Shown here piece after piece: positions 59,637 through 64,000 of a stretch of DNA of 64,000 nucleotides; position 1 is the first letter of the stretch; each line of letters begins with the position of its first letter. Under the pieces are notes generated by a model that ran no database searches, was not told where the DNA came from, and was given only the letters and a program-made list of their open reading frames with translations. The stretch comes from an uncultured Christensenella sp. (lineage in GTDB: Bacteria > Bacillota > Clostridia > Christensenellales > Christensenellaceae). Location: NCBI GenBank assembly GCA_964494645.1, contig CAZBSH010000001.1, positions 52,627 through 116,626 of the forward strand, in the 5' to 3' direction. The position numbers were made by a program, and so were the translations under genes.

Positions 59637-62600
59637 ATGCGTAGAAACAAACTATATAAGGCAATGTCTGTTTTATTGGCAATGCTTACAATTTTGTCGA
59701 TAGGAACAAGCGCGTTCGCGACGACAGGAGGGGAGCTTCCTACGCCGACTTCGCAGGAAGAAACGCAAAGCGGATCGGCACCGTCGGCGGAGTCGTCCTT
59801 GCCGAAGGGCGCACCCACCATAAAACCGGACGTACAGGCGACAACAGAACCGTCTGCGCAAACGCAGCCGTCAGAGGAAACCCCTGTTCAGCCTGAATCT
59901 ACAGCTATTTCGATTACCTCTATTGATGACCTCAAAAAAATCGGCGTCGATCCGGCATACCCGCTGGACGGGGCGTATGTCCTCTCCAATGATATTGACG
60001 GGAAACAGACGGACGGCACGAACGCGATCCTCGTGCCCATCGGTTCTTTTGATGCTCCGTTTATCGGAACGATTGACGGCGGCGGCTATAAAATTTCTAA
60101 TATTGAAATCAAAAACGAAGATGCTTTTGCGCCCTATGCGGGTCTTTTCGCGCGGTTTGACGGCGTGGCAAAAGACCTCGCCTTGCTTGATGTTACAGTC
60201 ATGGGTAATACGGCGGGCGCATTTGCCGCCGTCCTTGGCGCGAACGCGCAGATCAGCGGTCTGTTTATCACGGGCAGCGTAGCGCAGCCTGTTTTTGCGG
60301 AAGACACACAAGCGGAAAAAATCCCCGCGTTTGTGGCGGGAGGCCTTGCGGGGCAGAGCGAAGCGGATGCAAACGAACAAAGTGCGCAGAAAATAGAAAA
60401 AACGGCCGTATTTGTCGTTGTGGAAGAACAGCAAGACAAAGAACAGCAAGATAAAGAAGAGCAAGCACAGCCAAATAAAAAACTGGGCGCAGTCGTAGGC
60501 GACAATGCGATCCCTGCTGAACGTTTTTCAGATAACCTCTGGTCGTCCGCTTATGGGCAGGATAACGCGTTTGGGTTAGACAGCCCGATCGCTAAGGCTG
60601 ATGGTGTTGCCAAGGTTGCGACAAGCCCGTCTTACCTCGCGATCATGACGGGGAAAAGCGGCGTTCTTTCCGCAAACATACAGACGAATGAAGCGTTTGG
60701 GCTTGTGTTTAAGGGATGGGAAATAAAAGAAGAAATGGCGACGCTTTCGTCAAAAACAGAAAAAGACGTAACCGTTACGGCGGGCGAAACAGTGGGTGTG
60801 ACCAATGTCGCGATTGTCTATGAACGCGCATGGAAAGACGGAACAAAAACACAGGTGCGCTTTTTGACGCCTGTTATTATTTCGCAGATGATCGACGAGG
60901 AACAAAAGCTGGAACCTGTCGATCCGGTATTCCCCACACAGATCGAACAAATAAAACCATTAGAACCTGTGGACGGTGTGTTTCCGACGATACTCAATCA
61001 GACGGTATCGCTTGAACAGGAAATGCCGATCATCGAAATATCCACATGGGAACAGTTTAAAAACATTGGCAATACGGAATACGACGCCGCGTATACGATG
61101 AACGCGGATTATGTGCTTTCGGCGGATATCGTGGTCGAGGAAGGCGATTTCACGCCCATCGGCACAAAGGAAAACCCGTTTTCCGGCACATTTGACGGAA
61201 AAAGCTTTACCATTGACGTCAAAAATAACGCAAACATTGATACGCAGACGTATTATTATGGACTGTTTGGCGAAGCGGCGCCGTGGAGCGAGGGCGAAAC
61301 GCACGTAAACTTTGTGCCGGAAGACCTGAGCGACCCGCGCGTGCCGGAAGTGCGCGTCAAGAATCTTTACATGAAAGAAGAACTTGAAATCCTCGGCCAG
61401 CCATCCGATCAGGAGGTCGTGCCGGGGCAAGCGGTGGAATTTAATGTGTCGGCAACCAAACTGCCTAATGTAAGCTATCAGTGGCAGGAAAGTACGGACG
61501 ATGGAAACACGTGGACAGATATTGATGGCGCGACAAACGCGCAGTATGTCTTTGAGACGCAAAACAGCGAAACGCAGGACGGCAATCTTTACCGCTGCGG
61601 CGTTACACAAACAGAAGAACAACATGCGGATGAAGGCGTGGCGGCTTTTGCGGCGGTGCCGCAAAACGGCGAAGCGGTGTATTCCGAGCCGGCGGCGCTC
61701 AGCGTGAACGCATCCCTTTACGGCTGGGGAAACACCAATGATCCCAACTATTATATGGACGGCTGGAATGGCTATCAGACAGACGAAAGCAAACGCGCGA
61801 TGGTGTGGTTTGGCAATTTCGATCAGATGGGCGGCAGCGGCTGGAGCGCGTCGGGCGGCAGAGAGCCGGTTTTGAATCGTGTACTGATGTCGGATAACGG
61901 CGAAGTGATGCTGATGACGGAATACATGATCTATCATTCGCGCTACAACAAATACGACGACCCGAACCAGTTCCCGGGCTACAACAGCTATTACAGCAGG
62001 CAGCTCGGAAAGAGCAGTTGGCTGCGCGCATGGTTTATCAGCGACGCGGCGTTTGCGGACAACTCGAAGTGGTCGCGCGGGTTCGACCTTTCGTCGACCT
62101 ATTTCAATCATTTTAACGATACGGAAAAGGGCTGGCTTGTGCCGACGTATCTTTCGCCCACCAAATCGGACGAAGCGGGCGTGACGGATAAGGTGTTTGC
62201 CCTGACCGCGGCGGAAATGAACAACACGCGCTATTTCCCGAATGGGAATGCTTCGCGTAACGCTATCGGAACGCCGAATTCCGGCGAGATCATCAACGGC
62301 AAAGAGGAAAGCTATGTGCCGCAGATCGGAAAAGATATGTGGTGGAGCCGCGAAGCAAACTGGATCTCTTCTTATGGCGGACGCATGGAGGCAAGCGGCT
62401 GGATCGCGGGAGGCAACGATACGGGTGTGCGCCCGGTCGTGAAGCTTGACGCTTCGAAAGTGACGCTTGTCGCTGCCAGCGGAAGCGGATATGCGCCGTT
62501 TGTTTCTACAACACCCGTAAAAACGCGCGGCACGTCTTACAGTACTTCTGACCAATGGAAACACGCCTACGGAAGCAACAGCGAATCTTTCCGCGTGTTT

Positions 62601-64000
62601 GGCAGGGGCGGCGTAGACATTGATTTTCCCTATGCAACGCGCAAGGACAACAATGTTACGATCAACTACCAGAACGCGACCACAGGCAAGGGCAATTATG
62701 TGGGCGTGATGCTGGTGAATACGGATAACCACGAAAAGTGGATCGGGCGCGTACAGCAGATCGACGCTTCTTCGGGCAGCGTGACGATCACCCTTCCGTC
62801 CGGCTCAGACGCGGGCAATTATAAACTGTTTGCGTGGAACGAGAGCGAAAACCTCCGCTCCACCAGCGTTCCTGTGGTACTCAATATCAGAAGCACCTCG
62901 GCGGAGATCACGGATGTCTCGATCTCTAACCAGTGGGGCTGGGCGACAGAAAAAAGCGTGACCTTTACGGTGCAGGTATACGGCGGCGCGATCGACCGCG
63001 TTTTTTGGTCGGATCAATCGGGCCAGGCGACGGGCACGCGCCTTTCGCCCGTCAACGGGAGCACCTATCGTGTCGACAGTGTGCGTCCGTACGGCAGCGA
63101 GACAAACAGAACCATTTATTTGGTGGCATATTGCAAAGACGGTACGCGCGTGGAGCAAAGGGTGGATGTTTCGTATCTGGATAACGTTGCGCCCACTATT
63201 TCCAACGCGCGCGTTTCGGGGCTCAATGGGCAGTTCACCTTCAGCGCGGACGTGACGGACGCGGGCAGCGGCGTAAACCGCGCGTTTGTCTCCACAAACA
63301 GCGGGGCGACAAGCGGAACGGCGATGTCCCGATCGGGCAACACATGGAGCGCGACGCTTTCCGGCGCGGGGACGTATTACATCATCGCTTACGACAACGC
63401 CGGTCTGCGTACTGTTTCGGGAGCGCTATCCGCGCAGGACGAGTCTCCGCAGATTTTGTGGACAAGCCAAAACCCGTCGGGTTGGGCACAGAGCAAAACC
63501 ATTTCCGCATACGTCAGCGACCGCAGCGGCACAGGTGTACGCGAGGTGTTTTATGCGACGTATTCCGGCGCTTCTTATGGCACGGCGATGAGCGGCGCGG
63601 GCAACACTTATACCTCGCCGCAGCTTACAGGGACGGGAACATATTATATTGTGGTATACGACAACAAAGGCGGTCGCGCGGAAGCGGCTGTCACGGTGGA
63701 TAAGATAGATTATACCGCACCGTCCATCACAGGGGCGCAGGGCACACCCAATGCCGAAAACACACAGTTTGTGATCAGCGCAAACGTCACGGATTACGGA
63801 AGTGGCGTTTGGCGCGTGTTCGCGGCCAAGGATAAAAACGCGACGTCGGGTATTTCGATGAGCGTATCAAGCGGCAGTACCTATCAGACTGCGCCGTTTG
63901 CCACGCAGGGGGATTATTATGTGATCGCGTATGACTACGCGAACAACCGCAGCGTGATCGCAAACCCTATCAGTTTGAAGTTTACGCCGCCTGAAATCAC
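59637..64000 (+). CDS. Large secreted surface protein (>1454 aa, runs off the window): GLUG-associated beta-rich domains, Ig-like domains and a DUF6273-like domain
   Basis: MRRNKLYKAMSVLLAMLTILSIGTSAFA signal peptide. Two YVLSxDI..PIG..PFxGTxDG units, an Ig-like YQWQ..YRC domain, WWSR..GVRPVVKL and DxxAPxI repeats. Same frame at the window end (..ANPISLKFTPPEI). It is absent from the ORF track, consistent with having no stop codon in the window. Confidence 0.88.
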   Translation, partial: MRRNKLYKAMSVLLAMLTILSIGTSAFATTGGELPTPTSQEETQSGSAPSAESSLPKGAPTIKPDVQATTEPSAQTQPSEETPVQPESTAISITSIDDLKKIGVDPAYPLDGAYVLSNDIDGKQTDGTNAILVPIGSFDAPFIGTIDGGGYKISNIEIKNEDAFAPYAGLFARFDGVAKDLALLDVTVMGNTAGAFAAVLGANAQISGLFITGSVAQPVFAEDTQAEKIPAFVAGGLAGQSEADANEQSAQKIEKTAVFVVVEEQQDKEQQDKEEQAQPNKKLGAVVGDNAIPAERFSDNLWSSAYGQDNAFGLDSPIAKADGVAKVATSPSYLAIMTGKSGVLSANIQTNEAFGLVFKGWEIKEEMATLSSKTEKDVTVTAGETVGVTNVAIVYERAWKDGTKTQVRFLTPVIISQMIDEEQKLEPVDPVFPTQIEQIKPLEPVDGVFPTILNQTVSLEQEMPIIEISTWEQFKNIGNTEYDAAYTMNADYVLSADIVVEEGDFTPIGTKENPFSGTFDGKSFTIDVKNNANIDTQTYYYGLFGEAAPWSEGETHVNFVPEDLSDPRVPEVRVKNLYMKEELEILGQPSDQEVVPGQAVEFNVSATKLPNVSYQWQESTDDGNTWTDIDGATNAQYVFETQNSETQDGNLYRCGVTQTEEQHADEGVAAFAAVPQNGEAVYSEPAALSVNASLYGWGNTNDPNYYMDGWNGYQTDESKRAMVWFGNFDQMGGSGWSASGGREPVLNRVLMSDNGEVMLMTEYMIYHSRYNKYDDPNQFPGYNSYYSRQLGKSSWLRAWFISDAAFADNSKWSRGFDLSSTYFNHFNDTEKGWLVPTYLSPTKSDEAGVTDKVFALTAAEMNNTRYFPNGNASRNAIGTPNSGEIINGKEESYVPQIGKDMWWSREANWISSYGGRMEASGWIAGGNDTGVRPVVKLDASKVTLVAASGSGYAPFVSTTPVKTRGTSYSTSDQWKHAYGSNSESFRVFGRGGVDIDFPYATRKDNNVTINYQNATTGKGNYVGVMLVNTDNHEKWIGRVQQIDASSGSVTITLPSGSDAGNYKLFAWNESENLRSTSVPVVLNIRSTSAEITDVSISNQWGWATEKSVTFTVQVYGGAIDRVFWSDQSGQATGTRLSPVNGSTYRVDSVRPYGSETNRTIYLVAYCKDGTRVEQRVDVSYLDNVAPTISNARVSGLNGQFTFSADVTDAGSGVNRAFVSTNSGATSGTAMSRSGNTWSATLSGAGTYYIIAYDNAGLRTVSGALSAQDESPQILWTSQNPSGWAQSKTISAYVSDRSGTGVREVFYATYSGASYGTAMSGAGNTYTSPQLTGTGTYYIVVYDNKGGRAEAAVTVDKIDYTAPSITGAQGTPNAENTQFVISANVTDYGSGVWRVFAAKDKNATSGISMSVSSGSTYQTAPFATQGDYYVIAYDYANNRSVIANPISLKFTPPEI

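Noticed and set aside
60426-60466. Short 15-bp tandem repeat (EQQDK x2) in the surface protein
   Set aside because: It is an in-frame low-complexity linker with no sign of a regulatory role.
61790-62460. DUF6273-like/lectin-like domain as a possible diversity-generating retroelement target
   Set aside because: No reverse transcriptase and no template-repeat copy with adenine-specific differences is visible in the window.
60960-62732. 590-aa minus-strand ORF
   Set aside because: It is the antisense shadow of the large plus-strand surface-protein gene and has no recognisable motifs.

Overview
This is a 64-kb chromosomal window from an anaerobic Bacillota (Clostridia) genome. A Christensenellaceae-like host is my inference from gene repertoire and style, not a tested assignment. 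(1) 1-6.2 kb is housekeeping: MATE transporter, M29 aminopeptidase, galE, fba, an SMR/EamA-like pair, and a gap gene with eukaryote-type motifs. (2) 6.3-56.2 kb is a ~50-kb cell-surface glycan locus. It carries CDP-sugar genes with a YerE-like ThDP enzyme, a legionaminic-acid-type pathway with no CMP-synthetase in the window, a GDP-6-deoxy-heptose pathway, Wzm/Wzt with a methyltransferase-coiled-coil-glycosyltransferase, GtrB/GT-C-type transferases, modifying enzymes and an MBOAT/SGNH pair. Three secreted proteins with 19 GBS Bsp-like repeats in total are interleaved with these genes. (3) Downstream of tRNA-Arg(CCG) are an eroded att-like copy of the tRNA 3' end, a SnoaL-LytTR regulator and the most striking feature, a 1466-bp segment (57939-59404). 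This segment encodes its own tyrosine recombinase, is bounded by inverted palindromic core sites and carries an outward-facing sigma-A promoter. As assembled, the promoter fires into an external terminator (OFF). Inversion would point it through a ~230-nt structured leader into a >1454-aa secreted surface-protein gene that starts at 59637 and is missing from the ORF track. The predicted short OFF-state transcript has 13 nt of perfect complementarity to the apical loop of that leader.
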